Numbered from the stretch's first letter, positions 9,038 through 17,950 are shown. The stretch is DNA of 50,132 nucleotides from a virus (IMGVR_UViG_3300044838_000066:1-50132); one strand, 5' to 3'. Numbers and translations are program-made. The notes: generated from the letters alone by a model not told the origin.

Positions 9038-9775
9038 ATGATCGCATACCACGGAAAACAAGAAACCAAAGACGCTGTACTCTTGCAACTGCAAGGGCAT
9101 TACGACGCGGATCAAATTATCAAGGGAACGTATTGGGAGCGCGGTAAGGGCTGCGCCGTCGGATGCACAATTCACTCATGCGAGCATGTGCAGTACGAGT
9201 CGCTTTTCGGCATTCCGCAATCCTTAGCGCGCTTGGAAGACCGCATCTTTGAGGGCCTTCCGAACGAGAAGGCCAAGGAATGGCCGCTGCGTTTCATGCG
9301 CGCGATCAAGCCCGGTTCGGACCTCTCGCTCGTGCAGTGGCAATTCCTCCGCTGGCTTATGACCGACGCCGAGGTGAATCCCGGTATCAATCACCCGCTC
9401 GTCAAAGATGTCGTGTCCAGCGTCGCAACTCTCCTCGCCGCATGGATCAAGGGTGATCCGATTGATGCGAGGTCGGCGAGGTCGACGGAGTCGGCGGAGT
9501 CGGCGGCGAGGTCGGCGAGGTCGGCGGCGGAGTCGGCGGCGTGGTCGGCGTGGTCGGCGGCGGCGGAGTCGGCGGCGAGGTCGGCGGAGTCGGCGGCGGA
9601 GTCGGCGGCGTGGTCGGCGAGGTCGGCGGCGGAGTCGGCGGAGTCGGCGGCGAGGTCGGCGAGGTCGGCGGCGGAGTCGGCGGCGGAGTCGGCGGCGTGG
9701 TCGGCGAGGTCGGCGGCGGAGTCGGCGTACGAACGCATGGCCGACAAGCTTGTGGCGTTACTGGAGGCGGCGTGA
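9038..9775 (+). CDS. Phage protein with SAAESAARSAAWS repeat tract
   Basis: GGAGG SD; globular N-terminus (GCAVGCTIHS), repeat tract, short conserved-looking tail (YERMADKLVALLEAA). Confidence 0.85.
   Translation: MIAYHGKQETKDAVLLQLQGHYDADQIIKGTYWERGKGCAVGCTIHSCEHVQYESLFGIPQSLARLEDRIFEGLPNEKAKEWPLRFMRAIKPGSDLSLVQWQFLRWLMTDAEVNPGINHPLVKDVVSSVATLLAAWIKGDPIDARSARSTESAESAARSARSAAESAAWSAWSAAAESAARSAESAAESAAWSARSAAESAESAARSARSAAESAAESAAWSARSAAESAYERMADKLVALLEAA
9468..9727. repeat. 9/12-bp coding tandem repeat (TCGGCG[GCG]-GAG/AGG/TGG)
   Basis: Seen directly. Confidence 0.95.
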
Positions 9776-10056
9776 GAATCCGCATCATAGTCGGAAAGAA
9801 AGACCTTCACGGCGTACCGGCCGCCCTGCGACAGGTACGCGAAGCCGCAGGCGTGATCGAGAGGAAAATGCGCTACTGCTCCATGCGGCTCGAAGCAATG
9901 ACCGGCAACGAGAAAGGGATGATTACGGTGTATCACCGTTGCCGTCTGCAATCGGGGCACCAAGAACCACATGAATATACTCCTAACGAGGTTACCGCAA
10001 ATGTCGTTCGCGTTGCCCCTGCGATCACGGCGGCGATTCGGGAGACGCGCAAGTGA
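9772..10056 (+). CDS. Hypothetical protein
   Basis: GTGA overlap with GGAGG SD; start reassigned to 9772. Confidence 0.6.
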   Translation: MRIRIIVGKKDLHGVPAALRQVREAAGVIERKMRYCSMRLEAMTGNEKGMITVYHRCRLQSGHQEPHEYTPNEVTANVVRVAPAITAAIRETRK

Positions 10057-10340
10057 GCGGCGAGGCGTATTACCATCGCGAGCAGCAATTCCGTGAGCTT
10101 GGCGACACACATAACGGCCTGCCGGCAATCTTTAAGGCACTCGCTGCGATTATCCATTGCCTGAATTGGGGAGACTCCGGCGATTCGTGCGTGCAGTGTT
10201 CGGAATTGGAAGCATTGGCGGGCCTTCGCGCGCTCGCGGAAGATGATGCGATTCTGCCTGAAAACGTGAAGCTGGCGATTCGTTTATGCGGCCTGTGCGC
10301 CCGCTGCGCGGAGCGTAAAGACAAGGAGGCGCGCAAATGA
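10053..10340 (+). CDS. Hypothetical protein with CxxC motifs
   Basis: GTGA overlap. Confidence 0.6.
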   Translation: MSGEAYYHREQQFRELGDTHNGLPAIFKALAAIIHCLNWGDSGDSCVQCSELEALAGLRALAEDDAILPENVKLAIRLCGLCARCAERKDKEARK

Positions 10341-10406
10341 GCAAAGCCGACGAGTTCGACGAGCAAGTGTCCCTTGGCGCGCTCGCTGATCCGGGCCTAT
10401 CTTATT

Positions 10407-10976
10407 ATGACTAAGAAACCAAAGATCGAAACCTGCATCCTGTGCAAGCGCGTGGGCGATCATGCGAAACACTGCCAGAATCGGCAATGCGTATCATGCG
10501 GACTTATTGGCGGCAAACACAACGACGACTGCTTCATAATTCGCGACGCGATCAAGCCCGCGCGCCTCGAAGTAAACGGCGAAGCGGCGCGCATCATTCG
10601 CTCACGTGATATCGCGAACGCGCCTACGTTCGGACCCGTGAAAATCAAGGTCGAATGGGTCCAACGCCTGCAAGAGCAGTTCGATGTGGGCAAGATCACG
10701 ATTCCCGGCGTCACATCCGACGATCATTGCCGCGTGAAAGAATCGCGCCCGTACAAGGGCGGGGCCGTCGAAGTCAATTGTCCGCATCGCGCCGTGCTGC
10801 GCGAAACGGAGAAGACAACGTGCAACGCCTGCAATAGTCATAAGACGAGCACGATCATCTATCTATGCTTACTGCACGCGATCACGCATCATGGGAACGG
10901 CGCACCGATTGCCGACATGGGGCCGCTCTTCGTCGATCCCGAAGCCGTCGCGGAATCTGCCGAGGAGAAGCAATGA
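10407..10976 (+). CDS. Cys/His-rich hypothetical protein
   Basis: Tandem CxxC-x4/5-H-x3-C knuckle-like motifs near the N-terminus; start uncertain. Confidence 0.6.
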   Translation: MTKKPKIETCILCKRVGDHAKHCQNRQCVSCGLIGGKHNDDCFIIRDAIKPARLEVNGEAARIIRSRDIANAPTFGPVKIKVEWVQRLQEQFDVGKITIPGVTSDDHCRVKESRPYKGGAVEVNCPHRAVLRETEKTTCNACNSHKTSTIIYLCLLHAITHHGNGAPIADMGPLFVDPEAVAESAEEKQ

Positions 10977-11278
10977 ACGATACGGAGATAGCGTCTAAGG
11001 ATATCGTGACGGATGACGATGTTACGATTATCGTTCCGCCGAACATACACATTGGGATTCTTGCCTCCGCTCAGCCGGAGAAACCCTCATTCGTGGTTAT
11101 CGGCTTCACGAAAAGCAAAGCATTCATGTTCGGAGATACGACAGATAAAACGCGAGAAATGGCAATACGAATTCTCCAATGTGCAGATGAATCCGATCGC
11201 GAAAACGGTATTTTCTCCCCAAAGAAAACCGAGAACACGATACGGAAATATCTCGCAGAGATGAAGGCGCAGTCGTGA
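10973..11278 (+). CDS. Hypothetical protein
   Basis: GAGGAG SD; ATGA overlap. Confidence 0.65.
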   Translation: MNDTEIASKDIVTDDDVTIIVPPNIHIGILASAQPEKPSFVVIGFTKSKAFMFGDTTDKTREMAIRILQCADESDRENGIFSPKKTENTIRKYLAEMKAQS

Positions 11279-11613
11279 ACGACGATAAACCGAAGAAGGA
11301 ACCGCCGATAACCGCTGCGGAAGCGGGGAAACTTGGCGGCGCGAAAGTCTCGAAACTCTACGGGCACGAGTTCTTCGTCGCTATCGGAAAAAAAGGCGGC
11401 GAAGCAACGAAGGCTACGTATGGTCGTGAATTTTACGAGGCAATCGGCAATAAAGGCGGCAAGAAAGGCGGCGATGCGACGCGCGATAAGTACGGCCCCA
11501 CATTTTACGAAGCGATCGGAAGCAAAGGGGGCGCGAAAGTAAAAGCCATGATGGAAGCCGGGAAAAAAGCGTTAGCGGCTGAAGCGAAGGAAGCGAAGGA
11601 AGAGAAGCCGTGA
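11275..11613 (+). CDS. KGG-repeat general-stress-type protein (GsiB/YciG-like repeats)
   Basis: Repeats of YG.EF(F/Y).AIG.KGG. Confidence 0.85.
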   Translation: MNDDKPKKEPPITAAEAGKLGGAKVSKLYGHEFFVAIGKKGGEATKATYGREFYEAIGNKGGKKGGDATRDKYGPTFYEAIGSKGGAKVKAMMEAGKKALAAEAKEAKEEKP

Positions 11614-11849
11614 GTTCCTCGCCGCGCGTGCTCTCGGAAATCATCGAACGCTTGTCGGACGAGATCGACCATGCGCGCGAAAAGCATCCGAGAGGTGATC
11701 GGTTCGTGGCATTGACTTGTGAGTTCCTAGAACTTACGCGCGCGATTCAATCCGGAGAATCCAAGCAAAACATCCGCGAGGAAGCCCTTCAAGTCGCCTG
11801 CACCGCGATTCGGTTCATCGAAGAAAGCCTCGATGGTCATAACCATTGA
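11610..11849 (+). CDS. MazG-like NTP-pyrophosphatase-fold protein
   Basis: L.cEf.EL...REEALQVACTA pattern. Confidence 0.5.
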   Translation: MSSSPRVLSEIIERLSDEIDHAREKHPRGDRFVALTCEFLELTRAIQSGESKQNIREEALQVACTAIRFIEESLDGHNH

Positions 11850-12345
11850 AGTCCCCGGCGCTCCCGTATCCAAGAACGAGGGGATGCGGATCGACCCGCG
11901 CCGTCCCGGTATGCCGATGTTCCGGCCGCAGGAAGCGACGGAATGGATGCGACGCATTCGCCATGAGGCGCAGCGCGTCGCCCGTGCCGCAAAATGGCCG
12001 GAACCGTTCTCAATAGCCGAGGTAGCGATAGACTTTTTCAAGTACAATAGCAGGCACGATTCAGGCGCCGGGAACGAGTACGTTTTCGATGCCTTGCAAG
12101 TTCCCACGGTACGCGATATGGCGCGATTCCGGTCAGCCTGGGGGCTGTACTACCGCGATAAGGACGCCTGGTGCCGCAAGTCCCCCCTGCCCGTCCAGGA
12201 CGGCGGATCGCGAAGATGCGTCTTCGTCGCCGAACTTCTCCGCCTGCGCGAGAAAGAGGAGGCCGATCGACTGCGCGGCCTTTGGCTCGCATCAATCCGA
12301 CGCGCGCATGAAAAATCACATACACCGCCCACGAAAGGCTCCTAA
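11833..12345 (+). CDS. RusA-like Holliday junction resolvase (divergent)
   Basis: IEVPGAPVSKN start and RHD......VFDALQ; canonical DxDN not fully conserved. Confidence 0.5.
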   Translation: MVITIEVPGAPVSKNEGMRIDPRRPGMPMFRPQEATEWMRRIRHEAQRVARAAKWPEPFSIAEVAIDFFKYNSRHDSGAGNEYVFDALQVPTVRDMARFRSAWGLYYRDKDAWCRKSPLPVQDGGSRRCVFVAELLRLREKEEADRLRGLWLASIRRAHEKSHTPPTKGS

Positions 12346-12626
12346 TGCCCCCTCGCAAGAAAACCGCCGTCAAGAAACGGAAGACGACGGCCAAGAAAGT
12401 CACCAAGCGCGCCAAGCAGAGGGAAACACCCCTTCAGAAGCTTGCCTTCCGCATCTCAATACTCGAAGAGGGATTCGACGCACTCGAAGAAGACCTCCGC
12501 GAATTGCGCGGTGCATGCACCAAAGCTAACGCCGAAAACGAAGTGATCGTAGAGCGTGATGTGATCGACGTTGCGCCGGAGCATGAGAATGCGATTGACG
12601 AACACAGTCCTGCGCATAATGAATGA
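12345..12626 (+). CDS. Hypothetical protein with basic histone-like N-terminus and coiled coil
   Basis: MPPRKKTAVKKRKTTAKK; TAATG overlap. Confidence 0.65.
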   Translation: MPPRKKTAVKKRKTTAKKVTKRAKQRETPLQKLAFRISILEEGFDALEEDLRELRGACTKANAENEVIVERDVIDVAPEHENAIDEHSPAHNE

Positions 12627-12906
12627 GAAAGAACCCATAAAGCAGAGTCTCTACGTCTCGTGCAAAACCTGCAGTGAAGTCGCATCATGGGTCCCGCACA
12701 AGGAAGGCGGGGAGTGGGAGTGCCAAGCATGCCGCACTGGTACTCGTCAATTCGGCCGCGCGGAGCGGGAGAAGTACCTGCGCGGCAAGATAAGCCCGGA
12801 GGAACGCCGCGAGCAAATCAGGCGCATGGGAGTCAGTATGATCGCGTTCGCGTTCGGCGCGTGGATAACGTGGGAAGTATTCCGATTCCTCTCCCATGTT
12901 CAATGA
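12619..12906 (+). CDS. Zinc-ribbon protein with C-terminal TM helix
   Basis: CKTC...CQAC; hydrophobic tail; start reassigned. Confidence 0.65.
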   Translation: MNEKEPIKQSLYVSCKTCSEVASWVPHKEGGEWECQACRTGTRQFGRAEREKYLRGKISPEERREQIRRMGVSMIAFAFGAWITWEVFRFLSHVQ

Positions 12907-12915
12907 TAGAACGGA

Positions 12916-12957
12916 CAAAAAGCGAACGCCCCGCCTTTTTTTTCAGCGGGGCGTTCG
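12916..12957 (-). terminator. Intrinsic terminator between convergent operons
   Basis: CGAACGCCCCGC/GCGGGGCGTTCG stem followed by a T-run on the minus strand. Confidence 0.75.
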
Positions 12958-12990
12958 TCGTACGTAAACTGATGTGATTCCGATGAGAAA

Positions 12991-13179
12991 TTACGCCTTT
13001 TTTGGAGTCTGTCCCTTCAGCGCGATCGACACCGCTTCGCGGGCGGTCTCGAACGTCTTCTTGCCTTCGGCAATGTCCGACGTAACGCCCGAAGATCCGA
13101 GCGCCTTCGCGGCGATTACAAGCGCCGTCGTCGCGGCGATAAATTCTGCGAGAACGGGATCGGATTTAGGATTGGACAC
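12991..13179 (-). CDS. Small hypothetical protein
   Basis: GAGGAG SD before GTG. Confidence 0.65.
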   Translation of the reverse strand: MSNPKSDPVLAEFIAATTALVIAAKALGSSGVTSDIAEGKKTFETAREAVSIALKGQTPKKA

Positions 13180-13245
13180 ATGAACTCCTCAGAGGGGTGT
13201 TAGGTGCCGCGAATTTCCGCATATACGGTCGCGCTTTCCTGTTCG

Positions 13246-13295
13246 AAAAACACAACGGCGACGCTCTGGAAAAAGCGACGCCGTTGTGCTTCTTC
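13246..13295. terminator. Intrinsic terminator hairpin
   Basis: CACAACGGCG...CGCCGTTGTG stem with flanking A/T tracts, after gene 13299. Confidence 0.7.
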
Positions 13296-13298
13296 AAT

Positions 13299-13679
13299 TC
13301 AGGGAGTCCGTTCAAGAACATGCGTTGAGCTTACGATAACCCCTTTTAGCCAGCTATGAGCTAGGCCGAGCGCCGTACTGACAAGCGAATCGACCGCCGT
13401 ATTGAGCGGCCCCTCCGCCTTTGCCGCCGCCGCATGGATAAACGGCGTTACAATACCGCGGAAGATAGGCGGAATCGTATCGACAATGATCGGAATCGCT
13501 GCCGCTTCAGCGGCGCTGAGAAGTGTTTTCTCCTCGCCTGCGGCAATGGCGAGCAGCTTTTCAACTGCCGTATGCGCGTCTGTGAGAAGCACAAGCGCGC
13601 TTTTCTTGGCCGCAGCGACGATCTTTTGCGTCTCGCTGAGAACGATCGGTTCGGGAACGCTAGATGGATCTGTCGGCAT
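13299..13679 (-). CDS. Ala-rich hypothetical protein in the lysis block (holin/spanin candidate)
   Basis: Co-oriented with the endolysin; hydrophobic segments; start reassigned to MPTDP. Confidence 0.55.
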   Translation of the reverse strand: MPTDPSSVPEPIVLSETQKIVAAAKKSALVLLTDAHTAVEKLLAIAAGEEKTLLSAAEAAAIPIIVDTIPPIFRGIVTPFIHAAAAKAEGPLNTAVDSLVSTALGLAHSWLKGVIVSSTHVLERTP

Positions 13680-14004
13680 GCATATCTCTCTCTTGGGAAG
13701 GTGCAATATACGTCGTTACCGGCGGTATATCGGTTATCTTCGTGACGGTGACTTGATACAAATCTTCTCCGCACGGGACTTTAAATTGTCCCGGCTGACC
13801 GCTGGAAATCGAAGCCGCGATTAGTCCGGCCGCTGTAAACGAGAACCCCGGCACTGCGGGCTTACATGTTATCGAAACGACGGCGATATTGAAATGCTTG
13901 CCGTTAATCGTTTGCACGAATGAATGTGAACGATGCACGTAGAGTTGCGCGAACGATTGGGCATAGGCTGAGAGGTTTTTTATCATGATGCGTATTGACT
14001 CCAT
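13660..14004 (-). CDS. Hypothetical protein in the lysis block
   Basis: Overlaps the endolysin end; start uncertain. Confidence 0.5.
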   Translation of the reverse strand: MESIRIMIKNLSAYAQSFAQLYVHRSHSFVQTINGKHFNIAVVSITCKPAVPGFSFTAAGLIAASISSGQPGQFKVPCGEDLYQVTVTKITDIPPVTTYIAPSQERDMHADRSI

Positions 14005-14543
14005 GCAACATCGACGCTCATTGAGACCGCCGAAAAGTTAATCCAATCGGTAAAGACGGAGAATCCGTAATTTTGCCCGGTTGTCCATGCATCCGGGCTC
14101 AGGTGCTGGGCAAGTTCCAAGCCGACGCCTTGGATTCCGAGATTGTACGCAGCGAACGCGGCGATGTGATCGTTCGGATACTTCCGAAGCGCAGGGTCGA
14201 GAAACTCATGCGCCGCGACACGCAGGTTCGTGAGCGGGTCCATGAGGTTGCCGTATCCGGGATAGAACGGAAACACTCCAGACCATTGAACGCCCCAGGT
14301 AATTTGACAGATTCCAGCCCCCGTGCCCGCTCCCGGTATCATCCCCCTCTGTAAAAGATTCTCGCCTCCCGATTCCCGATCCACAATCGCGGCCAGCATG
14401 CACGGCTCCGTAAGCGCGCATCCGGCGACGGCTGCGGTATAGAGCGGCGCGTACTTCATGAGCGCCTTGCGCCAGGGAACCATAAAAGCGGGCTTCTTCG
14501 TAGCCGAGAGCGCGGCGACTTGCTGCACGGTGATGAGTCCCAT
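13983..14543 (-). CDS. Endolysin, lytic transglycosylase (SLT/lysozyme-like)
   Basis: AAIVDRES (catalytic Glu), GICQI, AAYNLG. Start reassigned to MGLIT to avoid overlap with TerS. Confidence 0.85.
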   Translation of the reverse strand: MGLITVQQVAALSATKKPAFMVPWRKALMKYAPLYTAAVAGCALTEPCMLAAIVDRESGGENLLQRGMIPGAGTGAGICQITWGVQWSGVFPFYPGYGNLMDPLTNLRVAAHEFLDPALRKYPNDHIAAFAAYNLGIQGVGLELAQHLSPDAWTTGQNYGFSVFTDWINFSAVSMSVDVAWSQYAS

Positions 14544-14581
14544 GGTTAGGGCATTCAGGGGCTCATAGGGAAACTCTTGTA

Positions 14582-15037
14582 ATGGAGGAGCCCAAACTAG
14601 CCCAAAAAGAACGAACCGCAAAGCAGCTTGAAAGGCAAGAAAAATGCTTTAATCTTTCTATTGAGCAGAGCAAATCAACCCGCGAAATTGCTCTCGCAAT
14701 GAAAATGTCAAAAACAACAGTTTCCGATGATATTCGTGCGGAACTTTTGCGTCGTCATACGGAGAATGCGAGTCGTCGCGAATATGAAACGACTCGTGCG
14801 GTTGCATTTTATGAACGAATGATTGCTCTTGCATTAACATTTGAACCAGATGGAGAGAATGAAGAGATTGATAAGGAAGACCGCATCAAGCGTATTCCTG
14901 ATAAGTCAATAAATACTGCGATCAAGGCGCGCGAACGAATTGATAAACTTTTTGGACTAGAAGGACCAGATAATGCGCAACAGCTTATGAAAATCATCGT
15001 CGAGAATGCTATACGTGAGCGCGAATGCCAACAATAA
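14582..15037 (+). CDS. Terminase small subunit
   Basis: N-terminal HTH (STREIALAMKMSKTTVSDDI), ERIDKLFGLE; directly upstream of TerL. Confidence 0.8.
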   Translation: MEEPKLAQKERTAKQLERQEKCFNLSIEQSKSTREIALAMKMSKTTVSDDIRAELLRRHTENASRREYETTRAVAFYERMIALALTFEPDGENEEIDKEDRIKRIPDKSINTAIKARERIDKLFGLEGPDNAQQLMKIIVENAIRERECQQ

Positions 15038-16290
15038 CGTTGCCTCGTCTGCATGATGGTCAGAAGGCCGTCGTCGCGGGAGAAGGGCGATTCAGAGCTG
15101 TGCGGTGCGGTCGCCGCTTCGGGAAAACGCTCATGGCATCCGCGTTGATATGCGACGGCGCAGCATCGGGAGAATCATGGGGGCTCTTTGCGCCTGATTA
15201 CAAGATTCTTTCGGAAACGTATCGTGAGATACACGAAATACTTAATCCGATTATTATTTCATCCTCAAAAATAGACGGCGTGATTCGCGTTCTCGGAGGT
15301 GGGCGCGTTGACTTCTGGACGCTCAATAATCCGCGCGCGGGTCGTTCGCGCAAGTACCACGGCGTCATGATCGACGAAGCTGCGTTCGCGGATAAAGACA
15401 TGGAATCGTTATGGACGAAATCTATCAAGCCGACGTTACTCGATTACGGCGGAATTGCATGGGCGCTCTCCACGCCCGCAGGCAAGGACGAAGACAACTG
15501 GTTTTATCAGATTTGCAACGATAAGAGCCTTGGTTTCGTCGAGTTTCACGCGCCGACCGAAAACAATCCATACCTCCCGCGAGAAGAAGTCGCCAAGCTC
15601 AAGGATGAAAACTCACCGGAAGTTTACCGGCAAGAATACCTCGCGGAGTTCGTCGATTGGTCAGGCGTCGCGTTCTTCTCCATCGACGCGCTTCTCGTGG
15701 ACGGGAAGCCTGTTCCGATGCCTGCTAATTGCTATGTCGTCTTTGCCGTGATTGATACGGCAGTTAAATCAGGGGAAGAACACGATAGTACCGGCGTTGT
15801 GTACGTTGCATATAATCCGCTCATAAAACCATGTACGGTCATCCTGGATTATGACATTCTACAAATTGAAGGCGCGCTTCAAGAAGTATGGCTATCGACC
15901 GTCTATGATCGGTGCGAGCAACTTGCGCGCCAATGCGGTGCGATTAAGGGATCATACGGCGCATGGATTGAGGACAAGGCGACGGGAAGCGTCCTCATCC
16001 AGCAGGCCAAGGCGAAGGGTAGGCCAGCGTTTGCGGTCGACTCCAAGCTAACCGCGATGGGCAAGGACGAGCGCGCTATCGCGGCAAGCCCGTACGTGTA
16101 CGCGGGCGACATAAAGATCGCGGATGAGGCGTTCAATAAAGTCAAAGTGCATAAGCGCATTTCCGCGAACCATCTCATCAAGCAAGTAACGGGCTTTCGC
16201 ATCGGCGACAAGGGGACGGGGAAACTCGACCTTTTGGACTGCTTCACTTATTCCATTATCATCACGCGCAATAAGCTCTGGCGGAAGTAG
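15025..16290 (+). CDS. Terminase large subunit
   Basis: Walker A GRRFGKT, Walker B VMIDEAAF, STP motif, YRQEYLAEF, nuclease Asp residues (IDTA, DLLD). Confidence 0.95.
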   Translation: MPTITLPRLHDGQKAVVAGEGRFRAVRCGRRFGKTLMASALICDGAASGESWGLFAPDYKILSETYREIHEILNPIIISSSKIDGVIRVLGGGRVDFWTLNNPRAGRSRKYHGVMIDEAAFADKDMESLWTKSIKPTLLDYGGIAWALSTPAGKDEDNWFYQICNDKSLGFVEFHAPTENNPYLPREEVAKLKDENSPEVYRQEYLAEFVDWSGVAFFSIDALLVDGKPVPMPANCYVVFAVIDTAVKSGEEHDSTGVVYVAYNPLIKPCTVILDYDILQIEGALQEVWLSTVYDRCEQLARQCGAIKGSYGAWIEDKATGSVLIQQAKAKGRPAFAVDSKLTAMGKDERAIAASPYVYAGDIKIADEAFNKVKVHKRISANHLIKQVTGFRIGDKGTGKLDLLDCFTYSIIITRNKLWRK

Positions 16291-16331
16291 GTGGAGGGAG
16301 GATCGAAAATTCAGGGTACATACTATAGGGA

Positions 16332-16916
16332 ATGTTCAAAAAACTTGTCGTAGAGAAACTCTACGCGCTAGAAACTCAACTCACTCGCATTGAAGGGATA
16401 TTACATACCATGGCTACAGCCCAGATCAATAACCAAGCCGCACTCGACGCGGCAATCGCCGCAGTCGATGCCGCCGTAACGCAACTCGGCGCAGACCAAA
16501 CGACCGCGATCGCTGCACTCCTCGCGAAAATCGCCCAGCTTCCCGCCGGGACAGCCGACTTCACGCCGGAAGTGACCGCGCTCCAGAATATCGCGACGAA
16601 ACTCACCTCCCTGGACGCCGCCGCCGTTGCGACGAACCCGCCTGGGACCGGGACATCCGCGATCGTCGCCAATCCCGCATCCCTCACGATCACCGGAGGC
16701 GCGAACGCGACCGGCACGTTTTCCGTCTCCGAAGCGGCCAACACCGCGGCGACGTTCACGGCAGTAAGCTCGGCTCCCGCCACCGTCACGGTCGCCCCGG
16801 CCAATACGGCAGGCTCGTTTACCGTTACCACGGTTGCCCCCGGTACGGCGTCGATCACCGTCTCGGACAACGCGACGCCCGCGAACACGGTCACAGTCCA
16901 AGTCACCGCCTCCTAA
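16332..16916 (+). CDS. Coiled-coil plus Ig-like domain protein
   Basis: Ala-rich amphipathic helices, then ANPASLTI...VAPGTASITVSD Ig-like strand pattern; has its own terminator. Confidence 0.75.
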   Translation: MFKKLVVEKLYALETQLTRIEGILHTMATAQINNQAALDAAIAAVDAAVTQLGADQTTAIAALLAKIAQLPAGTADFTPEVTALQNIATKLTSLDAAAVATNPPGTGTSAIVANPASLTITGGANATGTFSVSEAANTAATFTAVSSAPATVTVAPANTAGSFTVTTVAPGTASITVSDNATPANTVTVQVTAS

Positions 16917-16945
16917 ACCGTTCCCTACAGGCGAGCGAGGATAGC

Positions 16946-16980
16946 AGAGGGGCGTCGGGCAACCGGCGCTCTTTTGTTTT
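16946..16980 (+). terminator. Intrinsic terminator
   Basis: AGAGGGGCGTCGG-GCAA-CCGGCGCTCTTTT followed by T-rich tail. Confidence 0.8.
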
Positions 16981-16985
16981 GGGGC

Positions 16986-17020
16986 TTGCTTCTCGCCTGT
17001 CCCTATGATATACTAGGGAC
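16986..17020 (+). promoter_or_regulatory. Sigma70-type promoter with overlapping palindromic operator
   Basis: TTGCTT-N17-TATACT with TGn extension; GTCCCTA...TAGGGAC inverted repeat spans the -10. Confidence 0.8.
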
Positions 17021-17052
17021 ACAAAGCAGAGACATCAATAAGGAGCCTTAAA

Positions 17053-17196
17053 ATGTTCAACCCGGAAACCGATACCAGCTACATCCTCTGCCTCAACTGC
17101 GGAGCAGGCGAGACGAGCGCAGACGAACTGAAAGCGCCGTGTCCCGAAGATGCCAACGGCGAACACACAGTAATCGAAGAGGCGGTGTACGCATGA
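17053..17196 (+). CDS. 47-aa Cys/His protein (not in ORF track)
   Basis: TAAGGAG SD; MFNPETDTSYILCLNCG...CP...H; ATGA overlap with the next gene. Confidence 0.7.
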   Translation: MFNPETDTSYILCLNCGAGETSADELKAPCPEDANGEHTVIEEAVYA

Positions 17197-17420
17197 ACGC
17201 CTCCCCTTCCCCGGCCCAATCCCAATATGACAACCTGATCGAAGCCCTCGGCCGCGACGGGCAAGAGTGGACGATTCGCCGCCTTGAAAACTACCGGCAC
17301 GAGTTCAAGAAACGCTTCCTCACCCTCGACGAGATACACGACGCATTCGGCAACCCGGAAGACAATGAGAAGAAAGCCGATGCTCTCATCGACGCGCTAT
17401 CTGCGGCGAACTTCCAATGA
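17193..17420 (+). CDS. Hypothetical protein
   Basis: ATGA overlaps at both ends; start reassigned. Confidence 0.65.
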   Translation: MNASPSPAQSQYDNLIEALGRDGQEWTIRRLENYRHEFKKRFLTLDEIHDAFGNPEDNEKKADALIDALSAANFQ

Positions 17421-17611
17421 TAAAGATTCACTTTCCGCAGGATTTCAGGCCGAAAAGCTCCACCTCACGCGCTCCCCTCTGCCGATCTTATGGCGATTGG
17501 CACCGCAAGCGGTACGTAGTGACGCAGGACCCATCGAAAGTTACCTGCGCCAAGTGCCTCACGCATAACCTTGAACACCTCCAAGCCATATACCGCGCAG
17601 ACGCCTCATGA
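17417..17611 (+). CDS. Small zinc-binding hypothetical protein
   Basis: PLC...VTCAKC; ATGA overlap. Confidence 0.65.
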   Translation: MIKIHFPQDFRPKSSTSRAPLCRSYGDWHRKRYVVTQDPSKVTCAKCLTHNLEHLQAIYRADAS

Positions 17612-17766
17612 CGAAGCGAATATGCGCCTGCGGGTGCGGCGAGCCGATACCGGAGGCCGTACTCGCGAGAGCGCGGATGCTCGGGAATGATCATATCGTC
17701 CGGTACGCCTCTCCCACGCACCGGGAACGCGCAAGGAAGCGACGGATGCGAGCGAAGAAGGCCTGA
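17608..17766 (+). CDS. 52-aa basic protein with CACGCG motif (not in ORF track)
   Basis: MTKRICACGCGEPIP...RERARKRRMRAKKA; ATGA overlap. Confidence 0.6.
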   Translation: MTKRICACGCGEPIPEAVLARARMLGNDHIVRYASPTHRERARKRRMRAKKA

Positions 17767-17950
17767 CTTCAGGGAGGCGTAACCGCCCGCGCGGAAGGTG
17801 CGCGTATGAGATTGCTTGACGATCCCGAGCAAAAGGAAAACGGAACCGTACTCCTCGGCTTGCGCCAGGTGCTTGCGGATAACTCCGACCGCTACGTTGG
17901 GATTGAGTTCTCTCGCGAGGAAGCGAAGGAATACGGCGGCATTCTCATAG

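Noticed and set aside
9391-10128. Alternative-frame ORFs (ADSA-, Arg-, Pro/Thr- and Gly/Val-rich)
   Set aside because: Artefacts of a stop-free repeat; only 9038-9775 has an SD and coupled neighbours.
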